A stretch of 22,216 nucleotides of DNA, taken from positions 1 through 22,216 of the forward strand of contig JBLIRN010000045.1 of NCBI GenBank assembly GCA_049472315.1, in the 5' to 3' direction. Both the position numbers and the translations under genes were made by a program. The notes under the pieces were generated by a model. The model ran no database searches. It was not told the DNA's origin and was given only the letters and a program-made list of their open reading frames with translations. Numbering within the stretch: position 1 is the stretch's first letter; each line of letters opens with the position of its first letter. Of this stretch, positions 1 to 7,478 are shown piece by piece. The stretch comes from a bacterium. Lineage in GTDB: Bacteria; SZUA-182; DTGQ01; JAFGSM01.

Positions 1-298
1 CCTTGACCGGTGTCACCCCCCGGTTGATCAGCGGGATCTTCCAGTAGCTGCGGGCGCTCGGCCGCTGCATCCCGATGACGAACTTGGAAGGCTCTCCCTT
101 CTCATTGGTGGTGTCCGCCACGATGGCGGCCATGACCGCCCCGACAAACCCCACCCCCATGACCACCACGATTTCCCTCCCCTTTTTCCGCTGATCGGCG
201 ACCAGGCCCTGGAGACGGGCGAATTCCTTCTGATAATCATTATCTTGGGGCAGGGGAAAGCGTTCTCCCTCCGGGCTTGTCGAGTATTGTTCTGCCAT
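1..298 (-). CDS. Nucleotide-sugar dehydrogenase (UDP-glucose/GDP-mannose dehydrogenase family), 5' part only; runs off the left edge
   Basis: Not in the ORF track. Manual translation from ATG 298: MAEQYSTSPEGERFPLPQDNDYQKEFARLQGLVADQRKKGREIVVVMGVGFVGAVMAAIVAD...FVIGMQRPSARSYWKIPLINRGVTPVK. Rossmann GxGxxG (GVGFVG), AGGAGG SD upstream, no stop before the window edge, divergent from gmd. Confidence 0.85.
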   Translation of the reverse strand, partial: MAEQYSTSPEGERFPLPQDNDYQKEFARLQGLVADQRKKGREIVVVMGVGFVGAVMAAIVADTTNEKGEPSKFVIGMQRPSARSYWKIPLINRGVTPVK

Positions 299-361
299 GG
301 CGGTTTCCTCCTGGTAAAAAAGGTGGGATTATTTTTATTGAAGGCTATAAATAATTTTAAA

Positions 362-390
362 ATATTATCAAAAAAGTTATTTAAAGTCAA
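362..390 (-). promoter_or_regulatory. Putative sigma70 promoter for the dehydrogenase
   Basis: Minus strand TTGACT (390-385), 17-nt spacer, TAATAT (367-362), in an AT-rich stretch upstream of ATG 298. Confidence 0.5.
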
Positions 391-399
391 GGGCAAAAT

Positions 400-588
400 G
401 GGGTCAGGTCTTGAATTGTCAGTTTTTGGGAACATCCCCCTACCCGCCGCGAAGTATGAAATATGTTGCTGATATTCAGAGCATAGGTTTTGTTTTCTGA
501 ACAAACGTCCATGCCCCTTTGTGCCGCAACGAAGCATGAAAATATTCTATTCTTGGAACAAAAAACTGATAATTCAAGACCTGACCCC
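400..588. repeat. Miniature inverted-repeat element, copy 1 (189 bp)
   Basis: 400-427 GGGGTCAGGTCTTGAATTGTCAGTTTTT and 561-588 AAAAACTGATAATTCAAGACCTGACCCC are inverted repeats with 1 mismatch in 28. The interior, reverse-complemented, resembles the copies at 2657 and 6361. Confidence 0.9.
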
Positions 589-599
589 AAATCACGAGA

Positions 600-629
600 T
601 TGACAAATTCCTTCTCTCTTGGGTAGAAT
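600..629 (+). promoter_or_regulatory. Putative sigma70 promoter for gmd
   Basis: TTGACA (600-605), 18-nt spacer, TAGAAT (624-629), 40 nt upstream of ATG 670. Confidence 0.65.
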
Positions 630-669
630 GGGACATAATTTCAATAAAATGAAAATACAAGGAGTTGCT

Positions 670-1755
670 ATGAAAAGGGCATTGATCACCGGTGTTACCG
701 GACAGGACGGGGCATACCTTGCGGAATTCCTGTTGAAGAAGGGATACGAGGTGCACGGCATCAAACGACGGGCCTCCCTCTTCAACACCCAGCGGGTGGA
801 TCACCTGTACCGCGATCCCCACGAGAAGGGGGTCTCCTTTTTCATGCACTACGGCGATCTCACCGATTCCACCAACCTGATCAGGATCATCCAGGAGGTC
901 AAGCCGGACGAGATCTACAACCTGGGTGCACAGAGCCACGTCATGGTGTCGTTTGAGACGCCCGAGTACACCGCGAATTCGGATGCCCTGGGCACCCTCC
1001 GCCTGCTGGAGGCGCTGCGCATCCTGAACATGACCGAAACGGTCCGGTTCTACCAGGCATCCACCAGCGAGCTGTATGGCCTGGTGCAGGAGATCCCCCA
1101 GACGGAGAAGACCCCCTTCTATCCCCGCAGCCCTTACGGGGCGGCAAAGCTCTACGCATACTGGATCACGGTGAACTACCGGGAGGCATATCATGTCTTC
1201 GCCTGCAACGGCATCCTGTTCAACCACGAGTCCCCCTTCCGCGGCGAGACCTTTATCACCCGGAAGATCACCAGGGGGGTCGCCCGGATAAAGCTCGGCC
1301 TGCAGGACCGGCTTTTCCTGGGGAACCTGGACGCCCGGCGCGACTGGGGATATGCGCCGGATTATGTGCGGGCCATGTGGCTTATCCTGCAGCAGGACGA
1401 GCCGGACGATTACGTGATCGCCACCGGGGAGAACCACTCGGTGCGGGAATTCGTGGAGAAGTCCTTTGCCGAGGTGGGTATGGAGATTGCCTGGGAGGGC
1501 CAGGGGATCGATGAGAAGGGGATCGATCCGGGAAACGGGGTGGTGCGGGTCGAGGTGGACCCCCGGTATTTCAGGCCAACTGAGGTGGAATGCCTGCTGG
1601 GGGACGCAACCAAGGCACGGGAGAAGCTGGGCTGGAAGCCGGAGACCGGGTTCGAGGACCTGATTCGACTCATGATCAAGGAGGACCTGAAGGAGGCGGA
1701 GAGGGATCACCTGTGTCATGAGGCCGGCTTCAAGGTGTACAACTATCATGAATGA
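670..1755 (+). CDS. gmd: GDP-mannose 4,6-dehydratase
   Basis: [50 protein letters not shown] (YxxxK), [21 protein letters not shown]. Start moved to ATG 670, which has GGAG SD at 661-664. Confidence 0.98.
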   Translation: MKRALITGVTGQDGAYLAEFLLKKGYEVHGIKRRASLFNTQRVDHLYRDPHEKGVSFFMHYGDLTDSTNLIRIIQEVKPDEIYNLGAQSHVMVSFETPEYTANSDALGTLRLLEALRILNMTETVRFYQASTSELYGLVQEIPQTEKTPFYPRSPYGAAKLYAYWITVNYREAYHVFACNGILFNHESPFRGETFITRKITRGVARIKLGLQDRLFLGNLDARRDWGYAPDYVRAMWLILQQDEPDDYVIATGENHSVREFVEKSFAEVGMEIAWEGQGIDEKGIDPGNGVVRVEVDPRYFRPTEVECLLGDATKAREKLGWKPETGFEDLIRLMIKEDLKEAERDHLCHEAGFKVYNYHE

Positions 1756-1767
1756 CGGGGTATCCTG

Positions 1768-2607
1768 ATGCGCCGTATCCTTGTCACATTGCTTGTCCTT
1801 ACCAATGTCATCCTCCTGATCGGCGTCATCTGGCTCCACGCACGCGTCGGCAAGAAGGGGCGGGACATCGCGCGGCTCCAGGAGCAGGTGGTATACCTCG
1901 CCGGGCACCTTCCTGCAGGGGAGGGCATGGAGCGGGCATCGGAATCGGAGGAACGGATCCGCTCGCTCATCGAGGAACTCGGCACTCATAACCTCATCAC
2001 CCAGTACCAGGCTGGATTGAAGCTCAAGAAGATCGGCGAACCTGCGGTGCCCTATCTGATGGAGGCGTTGAAGGGGAGCGAGGGGAAGGACACCAGGCCC
2101 CTTCTCCTCCTGTTGCAGGGCATGGGTGATGCGGACCTGACCCCTGAGCTCATGGGTATTTACCGATCCTCACAGGATGCGGTGAGCAGGGTGGGGATCA
2201 TCACCATCCTTGGGAAGTGGGGGGATTACCGGGCCGAGGACCTCATCCGGGCGGCGGCGCAGGAGCAAGACTGGAGGCTCAGGACCGCTGCGGCCCAGGC
2301 ATTGGGCAACTTCGAGGGGGACGAGGCAGCGGCCTCAACCCTCATGCAGCTCCTTGCGGATAAAAACCGATACGTTCGCTCCACCGCCCAGAATGCACTC
2401 CGGAATCTTGCCGTGGGTGAGGATGGCGTCGATGTATTGACCGGCCTTCTGAAACAGGGGGATGCAGCTACACGATGCCTGCTCGTGCGGCACCTCTCCA
2501 AGGTGGCGGCAAAGGAGGCGCGCCCCGTCCTGGAGGCGGCTGCCAAGGACACGAATGAGGCCGTGCGCAAGGCCGCCATGGAGGCCCTTGCCTCCGGACA
2601 ACAGTAA
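1768..2607 (+). CDS. Membrane-anchored HEAT-repeat (PBS-lyase-like) protein
   Basis: N-terminal hydrophobic helix, short coiled segment, then repeated HEAT motifs (KIGEPAVPYLMEAL, DWRLRTAAAQALG, DKNRYVRSTAQNAL, DTNEAVRKAAMEAL). Starts 12 nt after the gmd stop. Confidence 0.85.
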   Translation: MRRILVTLLVLTNVILLIGVIWLHARVGKKGRDIARLQEQVVYLAGHLPAGEGMERASESEERIRSLIEELGTHNLITQYQAGLKLKKIGEPAVPYLMEALKGSEGKDTRPLLLLLQGMGDADLTPELMGIYRSSQDAVSRVGIITILGKWGDYRAEDLIRAAAQEQDWRLRTAAAQALGNFEGDEAAASTLMQLLADKNRYVRSTAQNALRNLAVGEDGVDVLTGLLKQGDAATRCLLVRHLSKVAAKEARPVLEAAAKDTNEAVRKAAMEALASGQQ

Positions 2608-2656
2608 GCCGCCCCCTCCGATCCCCCGCCGGCATCACCCCGAGAACAGGTGGCTT

Positions 2657-2752
2657 GGGGTCAGGTCTTGAATTATCAGTTTTTGCCTCGAAAATAGAAT
2701 CATATTTTTATGCTTCGTGGTGCCAAGAGCTGGCAGGAGGGTTTGTCTCAAA
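2657..2752 (+). repeat. Miniature inverted-repeat element, copy 2 (one-ended/truncated)
   Basis: GGGGTCAGGTCTTGAATTATCAGTTTTTGCCTCGAAAATAGAATCATATTTTTATGCTTCGTGG...GAGGGTTTGT matches the left ~90 bp of copy 3. No closing inverted arm seen; right boundary approximate. Confidence 0.85.
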
Positions 2753-2829
2753 CACAGGGCCGATTGTTCGGGTTTATGGATTAAGGATAGTCTCTGTCAA
2801 CAGTTCTTAAAAGAAATGGGGGAAGAATT

Positions 2830-3345
2830 ATGAGCATTAATAAAAGATACGCTTTTCTTTTAGTCATCGTCGTCATCTCGCTCGTCTTTTTGGCCTTCAC
2901 ATCAAAGGTTATGGCCCAGGGGATGTCAGGGATACGTTGCAATGGATGGGGAGTCCGTGCCGGTCTGAGCGATGACCCCGATCAGGTATATGGCGGCGTG
3001 CACCTCAACATGGGAGAGTTTACAAAGAATGTCCGGCTCAGGCCCAGTATCGAGCTCGGATTAGGTGATGACGTAACAGTCCTGCAAATGCTGGCAGAGG
3101 TCCATTATGTTTTCTCACAGGTCCGGCCCTGGACACCCTATCTGGGCGGTGGACTGGGACTGACCTATGTCAATTTCGATGATGATCATCCCGGGGATGA
3201 CAGCGATACGGAGATCTCCTTGAGCCCTATCGTCGGGATCGAGACCGGGTTGAATCAAGGCAAAAGACTTTTTTTCGAGCTTAAATTCGGCCTCGGGGAT
3301 GATGATCCCGACATCAAGATAGGAGTGGGAATGAGCTGGAAGTAA
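2830..3345 (+). CDS. Small outer-membrane beta-barrel protein (OmpA/OmpW-like transmembrane family)
   Basis: Signal peptide (…VMA|Q), alternating amphipathic strands, typical TPYLGGGLG motif, aromatic residue near the C-terminus (…IGVGMSWK), GGGGGA SD. Confidence 0.8.
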   Translation: MSINKRYAFLLVIVVISLVFLAFTSKVMAQGMSGIRCNGWGVRAGLSDDPDQVYGGVHLNMGEFTKNVRLRPSIELGLGDDVTVLQMLAEVHYVFSQVRPWTPYLGGGLGLTYVNFDDDHPGDDSDTEISLSPIVGIETGLNQGKRLFFELKFGLGDDDPDIKIGVGMSWK

Positions 3346-3734
3346 CGCCTTATTTTGTATATTATTCATCCCGTCAAGGGATGGATATGAACGGCCAAGG
3401 GTACGTTTCGATAATTTTGGCCTCCGTGATACGATCACATAAAGGTGGATTTTTCACCGTGAATCGACCGTCATAAACAGGGGCATGCCTGGGTATTGAT
3501 TCCTGTGTCGCGGTGTAGTATATTTTTTCATAGCGATCATTCCACCAAGGTCTTCCATCATTGCTCAAATAATCCTTATTATGTGCATTGCAGGCATTCT
3601 TTCCAGCCTGCGAGCAGGAACATATCACTGGTAGTATCCGGGATACTACATCTTCGCTTTACCATCACCTCATAATTACGATGTAACAGCGCCATCGTTT
3701 TTCCCTTCTTTGTTTCCATAATTCAGCCGGTTGT

Positions 3735-3946
3735 ATGAAAGTTATTGACTAAACTTTCATCCTTCATCATGATCGAATGATCATGGGTATTTTATATGAA
3801 AATAATCTAACAATCCGTTGTTTTATTTATTTCCATGCCTTGTTTTGATCGATAGATCATGGCGGTGTATATGAAAGTCGTCAACTCATCATGTGTTTTT
3901 CAAAACTCTCATGCCACGTTGTGATGGAAATATCATGGGTGTTTAT
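3735..3946. repeat. Degenerate triple tandem repeat with 76-bp core spacing upstream of comM
   Basis: CAT-SCY-N6-TGATSGA-N3-ATCATGG starts at 3758, 3834 and 3910, exactly 76 bp apart. Each is preceded by an ATGAAA…TYYCAT inverted pair. Confidence 0.7.
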
Positions 3947-3969
3947 TGCTGGATAACAGGTTGTCGCGG

Positions 3970-5505
3970 ATGATCTCCTGTCTCTACAGCGGGACATTGC
4001 TGGGTATTGACGCCCATCCGGTGGAGGTGCAGGTGGACCTTGCCCGGGGCCTGCCCCTGTTCAACACGGTGGGGCTTCCGGATGCCGCCGTCAAGGAGAG
4101 CAGGGACCGGGTAAAGGCCGCCCTCACCAACTCCGGATTCACCTTCCCCTTAAGCAGGATCACCATCAATCTCGCCCCTGCGGACATCCGGAAGGAGGGG
4201 ACCGCCTTCGACCTTCCCATCTCCCTGGGGATCCTGGCAGCCCAGGGGCTCATCCCCCAGGACAGCCTCAACCGCTTCATGATCGTAGGGGAGCTTTCCC
4301 TTGACGGCAGGATCTGTCCGGTGAGGGGCGCCCTCTCCCTGGCCATGACCGCGCGGGACCTGGACAAGGGGCTGCTGCTTCCCTCGGTGAATCGCAATGA
4401 GGCGGCCATCGTGGAGGAGACCTCGGTGTTTCCGGTGGAGAGCCTCCCCCAGGTGGTGGGCTTCCTGAACGGGGAGATCGACATCCCCCGTCACCGGGTG
4501 GACATGGAGGGCCTCTGGGATAGGGCGGGAGACGACCTGCTCGATTTCGCGGAGGTGAAGGGACAGGAATACGTAAAGCGGGCCCTGGAGGTGGCTGCCA
4601 GCGGCTCGCATAACCTCCTGATGCTTGGCCCTCCCGGGTCCGGGAAGACCATGCTCGCAAAGCGCATTCCCTCCATCCTGCCGCCCCTAAGCCTGGAGGA
4701 GGCCATCGTCACCACCAGGGTCCACAGTTGCGCCGGGCTGATCCCTCCCCGGCACGCCCTGATCGTGGAGCGTCCCTTCCGATCTCCCCACCATACGATC
4801 ACCCGGGCGGGGATGATCGGCGGGGGAGGTGTACCGCGGCCGGGTGAGGTGTCCCTTGCCCACAACGGCGTCCTGTTCCTTGACGAGATGCCGGAGTTCA
4901 GACGGGATATTTTGGAGCTGCTCAGGCAGCCCCTGGAGGACGGGAGGGTGGTCATTGCCCGCGCCTCCATGACCCTGTGCTTCCCGGCGCAGTTCATGCT
5001 CGTGGGGGCCATGAATCCCTGCCCGTGCGGCTACTATTCCCACCCGCACAAGGAGTGCCGGTGCACCCCGCTGCAGATACGAAACTATCTAAGCCGCATC
5101 TCGGGTCCCCTGCTTGACCGCATCGACCTGCACGTGGAGGTGCCTCCCATTTCCTACCGGCAGATGAGCGAGGAGCGCACCGGCGAGCCCTCATCGAGGA
5201 TTCGGGAGCGGGTGATTGCGGGCAGGGAGCGGCAGCGGGAGCGGTACCAGGGCACCCGGGTCATGTGCAACGCACAGCTTGGTTCCAAGGGGATCAGGGA
5301 TTTTTGCCGCCTGGGCAGGGAATCGAAGCAGCTTCTCCAGGGCGCCATTGCACGATTGGGGCTGAGCGCCCGGGCCCACGACCGGATCATCAAGGTGGCC
5401 AGGACCATCGCCGACCTTGCGGGTGCGGAGAGGATCGGTCCCGAGCACGTTGCGGAGGCCATCCAGTACCGGAGCCTGGACCGGGATTTCTGGGGGGAGC
5501 CGTGA
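3970..5505 (+). CDS. comM: YifB family Mg-chelatase-like AAA ATPase / competence helicase ComM
   Basis: VGLPDAAVKESRDRV, ITINLAPAD, GELSLDG, Walker A GPPGSGKT, RPFRSPHHT, GEVSLAHNGVLFLDE, AMNPCPCG, SGPLLDRID, ARTIADL, EAIQYR. Start ATG 3970 fits the family N-terminus. Confidence 0.95.
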   Translation: MISCLYSGTLLGIDAHPVEVQVDLARGLPLFNTVGLPDAAVKESRDRVKAALTNSGFTFPLSRITINLAPADIRKEGTAFDLPISLGILAAQGLIPQDSLNRFMIVGELSLDGRICPVRGALSLAMTARDLDKGLLLPSVNRNEAAIVEETSVFPVESLPQVVGFLNGEIDIPRHRVDMEGLWDRAGDDLLDFAEVKGQEYVKRALEVAASGSHNLLMLGPPGSGKTMLAKRIPSILPPLSLEEAIVTTRVHSCAGLIPPRHALIVERPFRSPHHTITRAGMIGGGGVPRPGEVSLAHNGVLFLDEMPEFRRDILELLRQPLEDGRVVIARASMTLCFPAQFMLVGAMNPCPCGYYSHPHKECRCTPLQIRNYLSRISGPLLDRIDLHVEVPPISYRQMSEERTGEPSSRIRERVIAGRERQRERYQGTRVMCNAQLGSKGIRDFCRLGRESKQLLQGAIARLGLSARAHDRIIKVARTIADLAGAERIGPEHVAEAIQYRSLDRDFWGEP

Positions 5506-5535
5506 GACATCAGGTGTGGGGTATGAAGCGTTGGT

Positions 5536-5615
5536 GAATCCAGTGCTTTCAAAGAGTTCCGGACTCCGGCTTTCTCCGGAGTGATAGGTTCGGCGACTTT
5601 TTACGAGGCCATCAA
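5536..5615 (-). repeat. Truncated REP/REPIN-like palindromic element
   Basis: Minus strand GATGGCCTCGTAAAAAGTCG…TCACTCCGGAGAAAGCCGGAGTCCGG…CTGGATTC. Hairpin ACTCCGG-6nt-CCGGAGT at 5563-5582. The resemblance to a dispersed repeat family is from memory; single copy in this window. Confidence 0.55.
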
Positions 5616-5859
5616 TCATGGGAATCCGAGAATCCTCATATACGAAAACCTTAAGATGGCACTATGGGAAAGGGGGTGGGTGCCCGTGGATCACAGGTAG
5701 AGAAGATAGGGCATACAGTCTGCCTGCAGGTCCCCTGTGATATGGTCTGGGACGTTTGAGTATGGAGCAGGGGGTCAGGGAATCTTTGAGACGATAGGAG
5801 GGCCTCCCGGTGCCTTTCGGCTGCAATCGTGTAACCGTAGGTATCGCAAGGAGGTTGCC

Positions 5860-6210
5860 ATGTATCGTGATACAGGCAAGCAAGGCGTTTTATCGGTATT
5901 CTGTTGTACGGTGGTAGTGTGTATGGTTGTATCCCTCATTGCAGTGATGCCCCGCGTAGCGTACGCCCGCTCGGGTGAAAAGGTGGCTGCTCAGGAAATG
6001 ATCAATATCAATACGGCGACGAAGGATGAGCTTCTCCTGTTGAAGAGGGTTGGACCCAGTCTGGCGGGTCGCATTATCGCCTACCGGGAGGAGCATGGTC
6101 CGTTTCAAACGACTGAGGATATCCTGAATGTAAAAGGACTCGGTGAGAAGTTCTGGGAGGCGAACAAGGATCGGATCACGGTCGGGGAATTCAGGGCTAA
6201 AATGGATTGA
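5860..6210 (+). CDS. comEA: ComEA-family helix-hairpin-helix DNA-binding (DNA uptake) protein
   Basis: Signal/TM segment, then ININTATKDELLLLKRVGPSLAGRIIAYREEHGPFQTTEDILNVKGLGEK. AAGGAGG SD at 5848-5854 supports ATG 5860. Confidence 0.92.
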   Translation: MYRDTGKQGVLSVFCCTVVVCMVVSLIAVMPRVAYARSGEKVAAQEMININTATKDELLLLKRVGPSLAGRIIAYREEHGPFQTTEDILNVKGLGEKFWEANKDRITVGEFRAKMD

Positions 6211-6360
6211 ACCACAGCGAGGGCCAAGTGTTTTCAGGTATAACATGACACACCCACAGATTATACAATTGGATGATCGAATCATTGGAACCGACGATGC
6301 AACGAAGGCCGCGGCGCCGGGGGGCCCGCCTCATCGTCTCTTGAATTGCAAACGTGACTT

Positions 6361-6481
6361 GGGGTCAGGTCTTGAATTGACAGTTTTGTCTCGAAAATAG
6401 AATCATATTTCCATGCTTCATGGCGTCACAAGGTGGCATGAGGGTTTGTTGTAAAAAACTGTCATTTCAAGACCTGACCCC
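6361..6481. repeat. Miniature inverted-repeat element, copy 3 (121 bp)
   Basis: GGGGTCAGGTCTTGAATTGACAGTTTT…AAAACTGTCATTTCAAGACCTGACCCC. Lies between convergent comEA and vapC and is followed by a T-rich tract. Confidence 0.9.
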
Positions 6482-6506
6482 ATTTTGTTTTTTTTCTCAC
6501 CGCAGT

Positions 6507-6938
6507 TCACTGTGCCGCATCCCTGACTGTTTGAACAAGGCTTTCTGTTTTCAATCCGAAGGGTTCGGAGAGTAAATCGAAATGGGTATCGGCATGCACG
6601 AGCGTGGCATGTGATGCCAAAGAGCATGCCGCGATCAAAACATCGATATAGGGAATGGTTATTCCTGAGCGGCGTGTCTTGAATGCAAGCCCATAGGCCC
6701 GTTCCCATACGGAAGTATCCATTTCAACGCATTGAATCGCATCCAGCCGATCCTTTAATCGTTGAAATTCATTTTCTTTTGTTGTGCCCCCGAGAAGCTC
6801 CAGTTTAATCACAGGTGTTGTAACCACCCGTTCCTCTCTCAATAGATGACTTACCCTTTCCTTTATCTCCGGGATGTAGTTTTTTCGCAAGCTGAATAGC
6901 CACACCGAGGTATCGATGAGAAATAGCTCATTCGTCAT
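6507..6938 (-). CDS. vapC: PIN-domain ribonuclease toxin (VapC family)
   Basis: FLIDTSVW, LELLGG, IDVLIAA, HADTHFD supply the PIN acidic residues. Overlaps the upstream antitoxin by 11 nt. Confidence 0.93.
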   Translation of the reverse strand: MTNELFLIDTSVWLFSLRKNYIPEIKERVSHLLREERVVTTPVIKLELLGGTTKENEFQRLKDRLDAIQCVEMDTSVWERAYGLAFKTRRSGITIPYIDVLIAACSLASHATLVHADTHFDLLSEPFGLKTESLVQTVRDAAQ

Positions 6939-7134
6939 TTCTCAACCGCTCCAATTCATCGAGAGTCAGATCCATGTCAAAGGTGCCGAGTTCCTTCAGC
7001 AGGGCCTCCCTGTTATGCTGACGGATCAGTGCCTTGAGGCCTTCCTCGATCGCCTCTTTTTTTGAACGGGCTTGAATAACCTTTATGGCATTCTTCAAGA
7101 GCTCTTCATCGATAAACACCGTGGTCTTTTTCAT
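6928..7134 (-). CDS. vapB: VapB-family antitoxin (ribbon-helix-helix type)
   Basis: MKKTTVFIDEELLKNAIKVIQARSKKEAIEEGLKALIR, 68 aa, immediately upstream of the PIN gene. ATG 7134 has AAGG 6 nt upstream; 7140 is an alternative start. Confidence 0.88.
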   Translation of the reverse strand: MKKTTVFIDEELLKNAIKVIQARSKKEAIEEGLKALIRQHNREALLKELGTFDMDLTLDELERLRNDE

Positions 7135-7181
7135 ATGCATCCTTGAATTACATAAATGATATATGGTAATAATATACATAT

Positions 7182-7210
7182 ATACTATACATAATTAATC
7201 GGCCTGTCAA
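7182..7210 (-). promoter_or_regulatory. Putative sigma70 promoter of vapBC
   Basis: Minus strand TTGACA (7210-7205), 17-nt spacer, TAGTAT (7187-7182), within a TATA-rich stretch that could hold the autoregulatory operator. Confidence 0.65.
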
Positions 7211-7478
7211 TTGTTTATCTATAATCTGCGCGGAGTCATCCGAGGCATGCACTGACCGTTGCCGACACAAGCGGCAACTCTGAAAGAACTCTCTTGACAC
7301 CTCCCCGTGTGCGGCTGGACCATTAATTTCCCTTTAAGAAATAATGAGTTAAGAATCAATCCCATGAAACATCACTGATTGCGCCGGCAGGGATGATTTA
7401 ATCCGTCTCGTAATAATGGGTCTGAGAAGACGAATTAAATTATAGGTATGATTATACCTTTCCCCTTGGTTACGAGGG

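Noticed and set aside
28..788. ORFs 28-537, 245-472 and 387-788, with recurring GSGLEL / QDLTP peptides
   Set aside because: They cross the repeat element and promoters; the recurring peptides are translations of the repeat arms. The real gene is the minus-strand frame from 298.
592..1989. 465-aa minus-strand ORF
   Set aside because: Antisense shadow of the well-supported gmd; no recognisable motifs.
3374..3718. Small minus-strand ORFs in the AT-rich gap (84 aa at 3374-3628; 46 aa METKKGKT… from ~3718)
   Set aside because: No convincing SD, motif or host-like codon usage; cannot be supported without homology or expression data.
3735..3946. CRISPR array interpretation of the 76-bp repeat
   Set aside because: Repeats are too degenerate, there are only three units, the variable parts are self-complementary, and no cas genes are present. 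Kept as an unexplained repeat.
5771..5781. GGGGTCAGGG near 5771 and CCCTGACCCC near 15080 as extra repeat arms
   Set aside because: Only about 9 nt match and the TCTTGAA continuation is absent.
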